Source of the DNA: an uncultured candidate division Zixibacteria bacterium
GTDB lineage: Bacteria; Zixibacteria; MSB-5A5; GN15; FEB-12
Reading direction: 5' to 3'
Assembly (NCBI GenBank): GCA_963664195.1
Contig: OY760907.1
Span: 3,008,001 to 3,072,000, forward strand
DNA length: 64,000 bases
Part shown: positions 49,152-59,174 of the stretch, in pieces
Position numbering within the stretch: the first letter of the stretch is position 1
Layout: every line of letters starts with the position of its first letter
Made by a program: the position numbers and the translations under genes
The notes under the pieces: model-generated
What the model was told of the DNA's origin: nothing
The model's input: the letters and a program-made list of their open reading frames with translations, nothing else
Databases searched by the model: none

Positions 49152-50486
49152 ATGTACGAGATTACTCGCAAGTTGTTGTTTCAGATCATCGCCGTGCTTC
49201 TTATCGGTGCAACCCCCGTCTTCTCACAATTCGTCGCCCCGGTGGACTTTGGCATTGAGAACAGCCATCTGGTCGTCGATTATGCCGCTTTTCGGGCGGA
49301 TGACCCCGATCTTATCCGTGTCGAGTTCTACTATCTCATTTATAATTTCGGACTTGAATTCCGGGAGAAGGATGACAAGTTCCTTGCTCACTATGAATTG
49401 GTTATCTCTGTCGACGATGACGACGATAATCGTGTCGAGACAATTACTCGCGACAAGAAGGTCACCGTTCTGGAGAAGGAACGGACGACGTCTCGGCGTG
49501 ATTACCGCACCAGTCAGGTAAATCTCGACCTGCCGCAGGGCAAGTACAAAGCGAGCTTCCGGTTACGGGACAAAAACAGCGGCGCTGTGGCCCGGCAGGA
49601 ACTTGAGTTCAAACTCGACAAGCTGGCTGGTGACCACCCGAAAATGTCAAAAATCGAATTCGCCCAGGCGTTTAAGATGAAGGGGGAGAAGCCCGGCATT
49701 TTTGACAAAGGCAATATCGTCGTCGTGCCGTCAGTGACGAGAAACTTCGGCGGTGACGGAGGTCTTCGGCTGGCATACTATTTCGAGTTGTACCCCGGTG
49801 AGAACGCTGATTCGACCAAGTACGTTATTGAGACCAAAATCAATCACTACTTCCGGGGAATGCAGTACCGGGATACTCTCCATGTGACGCTGGCCGGGGA
49901 GACCGAACGGCAGCTTCGTGAGATATCCTTGGAGCACTTCGTACCGGGTGAGTACGAAATGGAGGTGCTGCTACTTGGGCGCCGGAATAAGAAGTTGGAC
50001 CATCTCAAGGAGAATTTTGAAATCTCGTGGACACAGGAAGGTATGTTGCAGAACGACTGGAGAGGGGTCATTAACCAGTTGAAGTACATTGCCGAGACCG
50101 GCGAACTTGACGGTTGGAAGAACATCGAGTCTCTCGACGAACGGCGTGCAGTGTTTAATCAGTTCTGGCTGGACAAGGATCCGACTGTCGGCACTGCGGC
50201 CAACGAGGCGATGCAGCAGTTTTACCACCGAGTGGCGATTGCCAATCACAGTTTCAAGATGCCGCGCCGTGAGGGTTGGAAAACCGACCGTGGAATGATA
50301 TTTATTCGATTCGGGCACCCGGATCAGATTGACGACAAGCCGTTCGATACTGACAAATATCCGTATCAGATCTGGCACTATTACAGTGATGAAGGACGCT
50401 ATCGACGGTTTACGTTTGTCGATGAGCACCATGACGGCGACTACCGCCTGCAGTACCCTTACGACGGTCTGGATCAGAGGCCGTAA
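49152..50486 (+). CDS. GWxTD domain-containing exported protein
   Basis: Signal peptide; FW..KDP...R...AN..F...EGWKTDRGMIFIRFG.PD...W.Y. Confidence 0.88.
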   Translation: MYEITRKLLFQIIAVLLIGATPVFSQFVAPVDFGIENSHLVVDYAAFRADDPDLIRVEFYYLIYNFGLEFREKDDKFLAHYELVISVDDDDDNRVETITRDKKVTVLEKERTTSRRDYRTSQVNLDLPQGKYKASFRLRDKNSGAVARQELEFKLDKLAGDHPKMSKIEFAQAFKMKGEKPGIFDKGNIVVVPSVTRNFGGDGGLRLAYYFELYPGENADSTKYVIETKINHYFRGMQYRDTLHVTLAGETERQLREISLEHFVPGEYEMEVLLLGRRNKKLDHLKENFEISWTQEGMLQNDWRGVINQLKYIAETGELDGWKNIESLDERRAVFNQFWLDKDPTVGTAANEAMQQFYHRVAIANHSFKMPRREGWKTDRGMIFIRFGHPDQIDDKPFDTDKYPYQIWHYYSDEGRYRRFTFVDEHHDGDYRLQYPYDGLDQRP

Positions 50487-50498
50487 ACAGGAGATTAA

Positions 50499-51935
50499 AT
50501 GTTTCAGTCTGTGTGTTCCGCCGTACCGGTGCGGTTGGCGGTGGTTTTTTTGCTGATAATCGGTTCGGCCGTATGTGCGCAGGAGTCGGGGGGCGAGGAC
50601 CTGACGGTGCGGGGGGGAGCTATTTTCTTTGCCAATCCGGAGTATGATACCGCGGTGTTGGTGCAGTTCCCGTATACGATTAACCGGCACGAGTTTGAGT
50701 TCTTTCGACCGGATTCTCTGAGCACCAATCTTGTGGCACGGATTTTTGCCCAGATCAATTTGTACGGTGTCGACGGTATGCCGCTGGACTCAGCCAACAC
50801 ATATTTCTCCTCGCTCGTTGCTTCCGAGCAGCAGGCGAAGACCAAGGGGATCAAGCTGTTCAACAATTTTTCTCTGCTGCTGAAGCCGGGCGTGTATTCG
50901 GCCCGGCTGACCGTAGTAGACGTGGCCAGCAAGAGAGAGGGTGAATTCTTCTACGAGAAGATTGTGGTCGATCCACCGGTAAAAGACGCCCTCACGATCG
51001 GCGGGAGGACATTTGCCCACCTGATATCCTATGTGGGCGACGATGCTCCGGCCTCGGATCGTCTGGTCAGAAACGGTTATCGTATTATGGCCAATCCGCT
51101 TGGGATTTACGGCACGTCCGACAGCGTGATGTACTTCTACGCCGAGCTTTACAACCTGTCTTACGACGCAGACAATCCTTCCGAGTTCCAGTTGGAGTAT
51201 GCCTTCATGACTGAGGGCGGTGAGACTCAGAAGACGCTCAAATCAGCGAGAATGGTCAAAGGGGGCACGACGGCCGCTGTCGCAGAGTCATTTGATATCT
51301 CTGTTCTGCCTTCGGGCAATTTCTCGCTGAGGATGATCGCGACCGACCTTGCCTCCAATCAGGTTGACACACAGTTGACGGCGTTCTGGATCGTCTCGCC
51401 GTCCGATGTCCGTCAGTTGGCCAGAAACGCGATTGAAACAGATCCCTGTGATACCCTTGGGCTTGAGACTCGATTGCACCTGGTGCACTACCTGTTGAAT
51501 CCGGTGGAGCGAGAAGCGTTGAAAGGGTTGTCGGATGCGGGCAAGGAGCGCTTCCTCGCGCAGTATTGGGCAGAGCGTGATCTGTTGTCTGATAAGCCGG
51601 GAATCAAACGCCGGGAATTATATGAGCGGTACTTGTTCGCCAATAATTTCTTTTCAAACAACGCTGAGAAGACTGATGGCTGGTCGACGGATCGCGGTCG
51701 CATTTTCATGATCTATGGTCCGTGGGAGCAGCGCGATGATATTCAGGCTCCTCTCGTAGGAGAGCCGTTCGAGGTCTGGTATTATCACAGCTTCCGCGAG
51801 GGGGCGGTGTTTGTGTTCGAGGATAAACAGGGTTTTCTGGATTACACGCTGGTGCATTCCAACGTCGAGGGAGAAGTCTACAGCGACTACTGGGAGAACC
51901 GGGTCAAGTATCAGGAATACGACACCGAGTTTTAG
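50499..51935 (+). CDS. GWxTD domain-containing exported protein (paralogue)
   Basis: YW.ERD...R...AN.FF...DGWSTDRGRIFMIYGP...EVWYY. Confidence 0.88.
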   Translation: MFQSVCSAVPVRLAVVFLLIIGSAVCAQESGGEDLTVRGGAIFFANPEYDTAVLVQFPYTINRHEFEFFRPDSLSTNLVARIFAQINLYGVDGMPLDSANTYFSSLVASEQQAKTKGIKLFNNFSLLLKPGVYSARLTVVDVASKREGEFFYEKIVVDPPVKDALTIGGRTFAHLISYVGDDAPASDRLVRNGYRIMANPLGIYGTSDSVMYFYAELYNLSYDADNPSEFQLEYAFMTEGGETQKTLKSARMVKGGTTAAVAESFDISVLPSGNFSLRMIATDLASNQVDTQLTAFWIVSPSDVRQLARNAIETDPCDTLGLETRLHLVHYLLNPVEREALKGLSDAGKERFLAQYWAERDLLSDKPGIKRRELYERYLFANNFFSNNAEKTDGWSTDRGRIFMIYGPWEQRDDIQAPLVGEPFEVWYYHSFREGAVFVFEDKQGFLDYTLVHSNVEGEVYSDYWENRVKYQEYDTEF

Positions 51936-51973
51936 TCGGCATCTTAGATACCGTAGATAGTATACAAAAGCAT

Positions 51974-52008
51974 AAGAAAAGGCCACTCCATCGGGGTGGC
52001 CTTTTCTT
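51974..52008. terminator. Bidirectional terminator
   Basis: AAGAAAAGGCCACTCC-atc-GGGGTGGCCTTTTCTT. Confidence 0.88.
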
Positions 52009-52027
52009 TGGTCTTTTAGTCGATTGC

Positions 52028-52783
52028 TCAGTGAGCCGCGTCTGGCAGCTTACCGTCTTCGGTAGAGGCAGAGGCACCGGGCGATTTCACGGTGCGCTTG
52101 ACCGGAACCGTGAATCTCGTTTTTGCTTCGTCACTCAATTCAAAGGTGAACGACTTCTCAAACCCCTCGGAGATCATCTCCTTGGTGATGACAATCTCGC
52201 CCTCGGCGCTCTTACCGGCCTCAATCATCTCGGGCAGATTGATTTCTGACAGCACCGAAAAAGGTATCGAGACCAGTTTGAGAGACAGGTCCTCTTCGGA
52301 CACGTTGCTGATCGTGAACTTCATCCGATCACGTACGGTTTCGCCGAACTGCGAGATATCCAGCTTGTAGGGCTTGATGATAACCGGATATGTGGAATCC
52401 GGACGGGTCACCATCTCCGCGGTAATGGTCACTCGCTTGTGCGGCGGACCTTCGTTGGTTTCAATACGCGGACGCTTGGTCGCGCGATTGGTATAGCGTT
52501 TCGTGCTGAAAATGATCTCAAGTGATGTGCTGTCACCGACAGCAAGCTCCGTCTTGGCCAGAGGAGCCTTGGTGCATCCTCAGCCAGGCACCACTTTGAG
52601 GATTTTCAGCGTATCATCGCCATCCGAATGAATCCAAAAGACGTGAGAAATACTGGAGTGTTGCGGCGCGTAACCGAAATCGAATTCGGTTTCCGGCAAC
52701 GTCATACGCGGGGCCGCGCTTACTGACGTCGCCATAACGAGCAACACTACAAAGACCGCAGTTGTGATGACTAACTTCTTCAT
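52028..52783 (-). CDS. Exported DUF1573-family protein with an in-frame UGA (candidate selenoprotein, UxC motif)
   Basis: ORFs 52580-52783 and 52028-52432 are in one frame with only TGA (52582-52580) between them: VVPG*GCTKAPL..GDST.LEIIF; 251 aa if read through. Confidence 0.8.
52543..52571 (-). promoter_or_regulatory. Candidate bacterial SECIS hairpin
   Basis: CAAG(G)CTCC-TCT-GGCCA-AGA-C-GGAGCTTG; G-led apical loop 20 nt after the UGA. Confidence 0.5.
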
Positions 52784-52832
52784 AATACCTGCCAGCTTAT
52801 TTTAGCTTACTCCTCAATACAAAATACTCATT

Positions 52833-53579
52833 TCATTTAATTGTCGTGTTTGTTGGACGAAAACTGAAGTCTCCGTGCGATATCGGTAACGTAATTATAT
52901 ATACGGATTGTTCCGGCCTCTTGAAGCCGAGTGTGATCGATTCTTCAATGTCCTGTCCCGCAACAGCTTCAGCCAGGCGAACAGTCCCCACCACAGAACC
53001 GCGTGCCTCCAGCGTGTCTGGCAGGGCAAGCGAGTATGTCTCTTCGATCGGGGAAATACACTCGACGACCATCGTTTCATCGGTGTCGTTAGTCAGCACA
53101 AACCGCTGCTCAAATGCGTCACTGGCACCGAAATCCAGCGTGACCGGGCGACACTTGACCGGGCTGCCGGCGCTTGTCGGTATCATTCTGGAGGCAGACA
53201 GCTCAATACGGGAAGGCTCTGGTCCGGCATTCGTCAGCAAATAGATGGTCCGGTGTGTATCGGTAATGAACTGTCTCGTCTGCCAGGCGAAGCTAACGCG
53301 GAGGCTATCTCCGGGGCCAAGTCTGAGACCTTCAAGAGTCGTATCCGGCTCTGTTACGGCGACGCAGGCGCAGCCCGTCTTCACGCCGGTGACAGTCAAA
53401 GTGTCTTCGCCGGTCGAATGGAGCCAGACATGATGTACTACCGTACTGTTTGGGATCACCATTCCGAAGTCAAACTCGCTTCCGTCAATCTTGATCTTTG
53501 CAGCCGCCTGCAGGCCCGCCGCCAAGGCGAGTAGGCCAACAAAACAGACCGCAATTGCTTTCGATAAGTTTATAGTCAC
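52833..53579 (-). CDS. Exported DUF1573-family protein (Cys paralogue, CAC motif)
   Basis: EFDFG...H..W.HS.G.DTL....VKTGCAC...LGPGDS; start uncertain (53579 or 53639). Confidence 0.75.
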   Translation of the reverse strand: MTINLSKAIAVCFVGLLALAAGLQAAAKIKIDGSEFDFGMVIPNSTVVHHVWLHSTGEDTLTVTGVKTGCACVAVTEPDTTLEGLRLGPGDSLRVSFAWQTRQFITDTHRTIYLLTNAGPEPSRIELSASRMIPTSAGSPVKCRPVTLDFGASDAFEQRFVLTNDTDETMVVECISPIEETYSLALPDTLEARGSVVGTVRLAEAVAGQDIEESITLGFKRPEQSVYIITLPISHGDFSFRPTNTTIK

Positions 53580-53721
53580 GTGCCGGGGCCAAAGTTCCTT
53601 GAGTAAGCGTAAATTATCCACCAAAGACGGTTTAGTCAAGGTGTTTTGCCTTATTTCAACTTGTTTTACCTGTTGGCATCAAGTAAGTTATCTTACTGAA
53701 ATCGGACGGCAACGAGCTGCT

Positions 53722-54654
53722 ATGGACATTATTGAAACAGTTGATCTGACGAAAATCTATCCCACCGGCATGCGCAAAGGGAACGTTGTGGCCCTTAACG
53801 GTGTGTCTCTGAGTGTGAAACAGGGGGAAGTTTTCGGTTTGCTGGGACCCAACGGAGCCGGGAAAACGACCCTCGTTAAAACGCTTCTCGGCATTACTTC
53901 GATTACTTCGGGCGAGGCCAGGGTGAACGGACTTGATCCTGATGATCCGACCTCGCGCGACAAAGTGGGTTTTCTTCCGGAGAACCATAGATTCCCGCAT
54001 CATTTGACGGGTTTGGGGCTGGTGGAGTATGCAGGACGACTCTGCGGGATGAAGACGGACGAGATTGACAGCCGCGCCGAGCATCTTCTGGAGTTGACCG
54101 GCATGACGAAATGGGCCAACACGAAGATCCGCAAGTACTCCAAGGGGATGGCGCAGCGAATAGGCCTGGCGCAGGCACTCGTTAGTGACCCGGATCTTGT
54201 GTTTCTAGATGAGCCGACCGACGGCGTCGACCCGGTTGGGAAAGTAGAACTCCGATCTGTGCTCAAGAAGATCCGCGACGAGGGGAAGACGGTTTTCCTG
54301 AACTCGCACTTGTTGTCCGAGGTAGAGGCTGTTGCCGACCGCGTGGCAATCCTCTTGCAGGGCAAAGTGGTCAAGCAGGGTACTATCGACGAACTTACGA
54401 CACGGGGCAGTCAGTACGAGATCGAGGCAAACATTGGTGAAAAACGGATCGAGATTCCTGAAGCAATCGGTAAAAGGCTTGCGATTACTACCAAGAGTAT
54501 GACGGTGGCGCTGAACGATCCGGAAGATATCAATCGGCTGATCGACGAACTGCGATTGAGAAAAATAAGCATTCGCTCGGTCAAACCCGTGCGTCAGACG
54601 TTGGAGCAGTCCTTCTTTGAGACGGTAACCAATGAAGTGGAGCCGAAGGGATGA
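53722..54654 (+). CDS. ABC transporter ATP-binding protein
   Basis: GPNGAGKTT, YSKGMAQR, FLDEPTDGVD, NSHLL. Confidence 0.92.
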   Translation: MDIIETVDLTKIYPTGMRKGNVVALNGVSLSVKQGEVFGLLGPNGAGKTTLVKTLLGITSITSGEARVNGLDPDDPTSRDKVGFLPENHRFPHHLTGLGLVEYAGRLCGMKTDEIDSRAEHLLELTGMTKWANTKIRKYSKGMAQRIGLAQALVSDPDLVFLDEPTDGVDPVGKVELRSVLKKIRDEGKTVFLNSHLLSEVEAVADRVAILLQGKVVKQGTIDELTTRGSQYEIEANIGEKRIEIPEAIGKRLAITTKSMTVALNDPEDINRLIDELRLRKISIRSVKPVRQTLEQSFFETVTNEVEPKG

Positions 54655-55448
54655 GAGGCATCACTCGCGATACCATAGTTGAGCTTGTCGACCGCAAGAT
54701 GCTCTGGATGTTCGGCATTCTCACGGCGCTGGCGTGCCTGATCGTGTTTGGTGCCAGCAAAGCGGACATGACATTCAGCATGCACGGTCCGTCGGGGCTT
54801 GAAAACGACCTGGCGCAGCCTCTCATCTCGAGCATAGCAATCAGGGCGGCTTACAACCTATTGACTTTTCTGGTCTTTCTGGCGGTGGTGGCAACTGCTG
54901 GGATCATTCCCAAATTTCTTGAAAAAGGGCGTGCCGATTTCTATCTTTCGAAACCGATCAGCCGGCAGAACATTTTGCTTGGCAAACTCGGGGCGATGTG
55001 GCTTGTCTACGGTACGGTGATTCTCCTGTGTGGAATGATAACGTACCTGTTTGCTGCGCTCGCATTTGACCAGTTGGACTTCAGGATTCTCTATGTGTTT
55101 GGGTTCAGTCTGGCCTCGTATTTCGTTTGGCTGAGCATTACCGGATTGGCAGGTGTCTGGACGGGATCGACTGCCATTTCCGTGATGTGCGCATTCGTTG
55201 TCTGGGTACTTCAGAGCATCCTCCAACACTACGATACGATCGGCGACCTGATCAATTCAGAATGGATTTCACGGATCGTTCAAGGCCTGTATTACGTTAT
55301 ACCCAAGACCAGCCAGATGGCAGATCTTGGCATGAACCTTGCCCGTGGAAAGACCGGACCAGAACTTCTCCCGCTGTGGAGTTCGCTCCTGTTTGCGGCG
55401 ACGATGTATGCTCTGGCCGTCGTTGTCTTCAAGCGCAAGAATTACTGA
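54651..55448 (+). CDS. ABC-2 type permease
   Basis: ATGA overlap with the ATPase; EKG...LSKPISR...LGK motif; about 6 TMs. Confidence 0.85.
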   Translation: MRGITRDTIVELVDRKMLWMFGILTALACLIVFGASKADMTFSMHGPSGLENDLAQPLISSIAIRAAYNLLTFLVFLAVVATAGIIPKFLEKGRADFYLSKPISRQNILLGKLGAMWLVYGTVILLCGMITYLFAALAFDQLDFRILYVFGFSLASYFVWLSITGLAGVWTGSTAISVMCAFVVWVLQSILQHYDTIGDLINSEWISRIVQGLYYVIPKTSQMADLGMNLARGKTGPELLPLWSSLLFAATMYALAVVVFKRKNY

Positions 55449-55478
55449 TCACAGGACCACACGCGAGCTGATCGATAT

Positions 55479-56009
55479 ATGACGGGCAAGAACAGAGAAC
55501 TGCTGGAACCTCTCAACACAGCAATCAGACTCGAAGTCGAGGGCAAACATCTTTTTTCCGAGGCTCTGGGGAAAGTCACGGGGCGTCACGCAAAGCAGAC
55601 GTTTGAGTTTCTCCTCGCCGAGGAAGACAAGCATATCGCCCGCATCAGGGAGTTTCACAAATCGATCGAGCAATCCGACAAGATCGAACCGATTTCGCTC
55701 GACAGTACCGAGGCGCAACGCAATCTTGACTTCTTCAATAACAAACTGGCGGAATTTCGTCACGAGATAGAACCCACGGTCTCCGATATCGAGGCGTACC
55801 GGTTTGCTCTCAAGTTTGAAAACAACAGCAGTGATTTCTACGCAGAGAAAATGCACGAGGCTGATAATCCACACGTGAAAGCGTTCTATCGCTGGCTCAT
55901 CGGCGAGGAAGAAACGCATGCCCGCCTGCTGGAGTCTTGCCTCAAGTTCGCCGAGGATCCGGCAGCCTGGTTCAAGGAGCGGGCAGGGGCCGCACGCGAC
56001 GAATCCTGA
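55479..56009 (+). CDS. Ferritin-like / rubrerythrin diiron domain protein
   Basis: AIRLE, EEDKH, ALKFE...FY, EEETH. Confidence 0.85.
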   Translation: MTGKNRELLEPLNTAIRLEVEGKHLFSEALGKVTGRHAKQTFEFLLAEEDKHIARIREFHKSIEQSDKIEPISLDSTEAQRNLDFFNNKLAEFRHEIEPTVSDIEAYRFALKFENNSSDFYAEKMHEADNPHVKAFYRWLIGEEETHARLLESCLKFAEDPAAWFKERAGAARDES

Positions 56010-56096
56010 CAGGCGACAGTTCAACACTTTACAGCCGTGCACTCCGGCTCTATATTCTACCAGCAATGGAATGTTAACTCTGAGGAGATATCTCAT

Positions 56097-57464
56097 ATGA
56101 CACCGGTACAGTATTTGAAGAAAACCGAAAAGAAGCGCATGGACGACCTGTTTGCTTTTTTGAAATTCGCGTCCGTGTCCGCTAAGTCCGAACACAAAAA
56201 AGATGTCGCCGCCTGCGGCAATTGGCTGGCTGACCACCTCAAGAAGATCGGGTTTAGGACGAAAGTGCATCCGACCAAGGGACACCCGATTGTCTACGCC
56301 GAGTATATTGTGAACAAGAAGCTCCCGACTGTGCTGTATTACGGTCATTACGATGTCCAGCCGCCGGAACCGTACGATCTCTGGGAAACGTCGCCGTTCA
56401 AGCCGGAGATTCGCTCCGGATATATTTTCGCTCGCGGTGCCGCCGACGACAAGGGGCAGGTCTTTACTCACGTCAAAGGGCTTGAGGCGGTTATCAAGTC
56501 CGAGGGAACGTTACCGATCAACGTCAAGATGTTGATTGAGGGCGAAGAAGAAGTCCATTCGGCTAACCTGCCGGTCTTCATCAAAAAGAATAGAAAGATG
56601 CTCGCTGCCGATATCGTCGTTGTCTCCGACACAGCGCAATTCAGCAAGACGCTGCCGGCGGTGACCTACGGGCTTCGCGGTATCGCTGCTCTCGAAGTAT
56701 TTGTCTACGGTCCGGATCGCGACGTACACTCCGGCTCGTTTGGTGGTGCCATTGCCAATCCGATCAATGTGCTTGGCGGTATGATAGGTCAATTGCATGA
56801 CAAGGACGGCAGGATCGCTATCCCGGGCTTTTATGCAAAGGCCAAGAAAGTTACTAAATGGGAGCGCGAACAGTTCAAGAAACTGCCGTACTCCGAGGCC
56901 GGCTATAAACGCCAGTTGAAGATTCCCGCTGTCCACGGTGAAAAGGGATACACAACCTTTGAGCGCAGTTGGTCGCGTCCGACCTGCGACGTCAACGGGA
57001 TTACGGGCGGTTACCAGGGTGAAGGCGCCAAGACGATTATTCCGTCGTTTGCTTCCTGCAAGATCACCTGCCGTTTAGTTCCGAATCAGGATCCGAAAGA
57101 CATTTGCAACAAAGTTGAGAAGTACCTCAAGAAGATCGCTCCGAAGTCTGTCCGGGTGAAAGTCGACAAGTGGGGGGGCGCCAAGGGTGTCGTGGTTCCG
57201 ACCGAGGGTCCCTGGCTCGAAGCTGCTGCGCGCGCGATCAAGACCGGATTCGGCAAGGAACCGGTATTCATGAAAGAAGGCGGATCGATTCCGGTCGTGG
57301 TTGATTTCAAGGAAATCCTCGGGCTTGACACCCTGTTGATTGGTTTCGCGCAGAATGATGACAACATTCATTCGCCAAACGAGCGTTTCCGCGTAGTCGA
57401 CTTTGAGCGCGGGTGCAAAACTGCGGCGGCGTTGCCGTTCGAGCTGGCCGGAGTTAAGGGCTAA
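56097..57464 (+). CDS. M20 family dipeptidase
   Basis: YGHYDVQP, ARGAADDKG, EGEEE, HSG, HSPNE. Confidence 0.92.
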   Translation: MTPVQYLKKTEKKRMDDLFAFLKFASVSAKSEHKKDVAACGNWLADHLKKIGFRTKVHPTKGHPIVYAEYIVNKKLPTVLYYGHYDVQPPEPYDLWETSPFKPEIRSGYIFARGAADDKGQVFTHVKGLEAVIKSEGTLPINVKMLIEGEEEVHSANLPVFIKKNRKMLAADIVVVSDTAQFSKTLPAVTYGLRGIAALEVFVYGPDRDVHSGSFGGAIANPINVLGGMIGQLHDKDGRIAIPGFYAKAKKVTKWEREQFKKLPYSEAGYKRQLKIPAVHGEKGYTTFERSWSRPTCDVNGITGGYQGEGAKTIIPSFASCKITCRLVPNQDPKDICNKVEKYLKKIAPKSVRVKVDKWGGAKGVVVPTEGPWLEAAARAIKTGFGKEPVFMKEGGSIPVVVDFKEILGLDTLLIGFAQNDDNIHSPNERFRVVDFERGCKTAAALPFELAGVKG

Positions 57465-58261
57465 TGGATCTCGGACTCAAAGGCAAACGAGGGCTGGTTT
57501 CCGGTGCCTCCTCCGGGCTTGGTTTGGCCGCAGCAAAAACGCTGGCGGCCGAAGGTGTGCAGTTGGTAATCAACTCTCGCAGCGAGTTTCGTTTGGAGCA
57601 GGCGGCGGCTGAGATTGAGAAAGCTACCGGCGTCAAACCGATGCTGGCCGCTGGCGATTTGTCCAAAGAGAGCGAACGGCGGAAAGTGATCGAGTCTGCC
57701 CTGGATCAAGTTGAGGGCGGAGTGATCGACATTCTCGTCTCCAACGCAGGGGGACCACCTCCGGGTGCGTTTCTCGAACATGACTCGAAGTTGTTTGAGG
57801 AAGCCGCCGGTCTGGTGCTTGATTCGGCGGTTGGTTTGACTCACGGGCTGCTCCCAAAGATGATCGAACAGAACTGGGGGCGGCTGATTTATATCACGTC
57901 GGTGGGTGTGCTTCAGCCTATCGACGCTCTGATCCTGTCAAACACCTATCGCTCCGCCGTGACAGGATTCTGCAAAACGATTTCGAACACCTACGCGCAG
58001 CACGGCATCACGGCTAACTGTGTCTGTCCCGGTTATACTGCCACCGAACGGCTTAACAATCTGGCCGAGAAGACAGCGAGTGAGACCGGCAAACTCGTCA
58101 CGCAGGTGATTGAGGACTACGCCGCGCTGATACCGGCGCGCAGAGTAGGCAAACCGGAGGAGTTGGCCTCGCTGATTACATTCCTGGCCTCGGAGCGGGC
58201 CGGGTATATCACGGGGACCTCGATTCCGGTTGACGGCGGCCTTCACAAGGGGCTGTTGTAG
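57464..58261 (+). CDS. SDR family oxidoreductase
   Basis: SGASSGLG, DILVSNAGGPP, N.VCPG, YITG..I.VDGG. Confidence 0.9.
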   Translation: MDLGLKGKRGLVSGASSGLGLAAAKTLAAEGVQLVINSRSEFRLEQAAAEIEKATGVKPMLAAGDLSKESERRKVIESALDQVEGGVIDILVSNAGGPPPGAFLEHDSKLFEEAAGLVLDSAVGLTHGLLPKMIEQNWGRLIYITSVGVLQPIDALILSNTYRSAVTGFCKTISNTYAQHGITANCVCPGYTATERLNNLAEKTASETGKLVTQVIEDYAALIPARRVGKPEELASLITFLASERAGYITGTSIPVDGGLHKGLL

Positions 58262-58268
58262 GTCTTCA

Positions 58269-59174
58269 ATGACCGAACCAAAAACTAACGGCAACGAACA
58301 CGCCCGGCACAGTTTGGCTGTGCTGGGCGGTACTATGTTGTTTCTGCAGGTAACGGCCTCGCTCTGTTATCCCATTGCCAAGTACGGTCTGGAGCAGATA
58401 GAACCGTTTACATTTGCCTTCTATCGCTTTCTCTTGGCTTCGGCCGTTCTATTAACTATCGCGCTCTTCATCAGCAAGAAGCCCAGGATAGAGCGACGGG
58501 ATGCATGGCGCATTGTCGGGCTTGGCGTCCTGATTGTCCCGCTCAACCAGACGCTCTTTCTTGTCGGGCAGTCGATGACCGGGGCGGGCCACGGTGCCTT
58601 ATTGTTTGCGACCACACCGGTGTGGGTGTTTGTACTGGCGCTGATTCATCTCAAGGAGCACACCAACTGGCGAAGAACCACCGGCATTATCGTCGCGCTG
58701 GCCGGAGTTATGATCATTCTGCTCTCAGGGGCCTTCGAGGTTGGCACGGAGTACCTGTGGGGTGATTTGGTCATTCTCATTGCGGTGATGGCCTGGGGGT
58801 ACTACACGATTCTCGGCAAGAGACTCGTCGTCAAGTACGGTGCGCTTCGCGTGACGGCCTATTCGCTGGCGGCGGGGTCGACGCTCTACTTTCCGTTCGG
58901 GTTCTATCAGGCGTGCCGATTCGACTACTCGCAGGTCACTCTCGGTGCGTGGGGATCGATTGCGTACATGGCGATTGGTCTGTCCGTGATTGTCTACGTG
59001 CTGTGGTACTGGCTGCTGAAGCAGCTAGATGCCTCCCGGATTGCAGTGTACCATAACATCCAGCCGGTAATTGCCAGTGCGGTGGCGTACTTCTTTCTGG
59101 GTGAGAGTCTGGGACTTGCGTTTATAGTGGGCGGTTTCGTGGTCATCGGAGGCGTGATACTAACGGAACTGTAG
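58269..59174 (+). CDS. DMT/EamA family transporter
   Basis: 10 TMs, P..FAFYRF, GD..I, QPVIA...FLGE. Confidence 0.9.
   Translation: MTEPKTNGNEHARHSLAVLGGTMLFLQVTASLCYPIAKYGLEQIEPFTFAFYRFLLASAVLLTIALFISKKPRIERRDAWRIVGLGVLIVPLNQTLFLVGQSMTGAGHGALLFATTPVWVFVLALIHLKEHTNWRRTTGIIVALAGVMIILLSGAFEVGTEYLWGDLVILIAVMAWGYYTILGKRLVVKYGALRVTAYSLAAGSTLYFPFGFYQACRFDYSQVTLGAWGSIAYMAIGLSVIVYVLWYWLLKQLDASRIAVYHNIQPVIASAVAYFFLGESLGLAFIVGGFVVIGGVILTEL

Noticed and set aside
52580..52582. Genome-wide UGA reassignment (code 4/25) as the explanation for the in-frame TGA
   Set aside because: Conserved genes (miaB, aroC, trxB, cheW) end at TGA at their expected lengths, and other genes show no internal TGA
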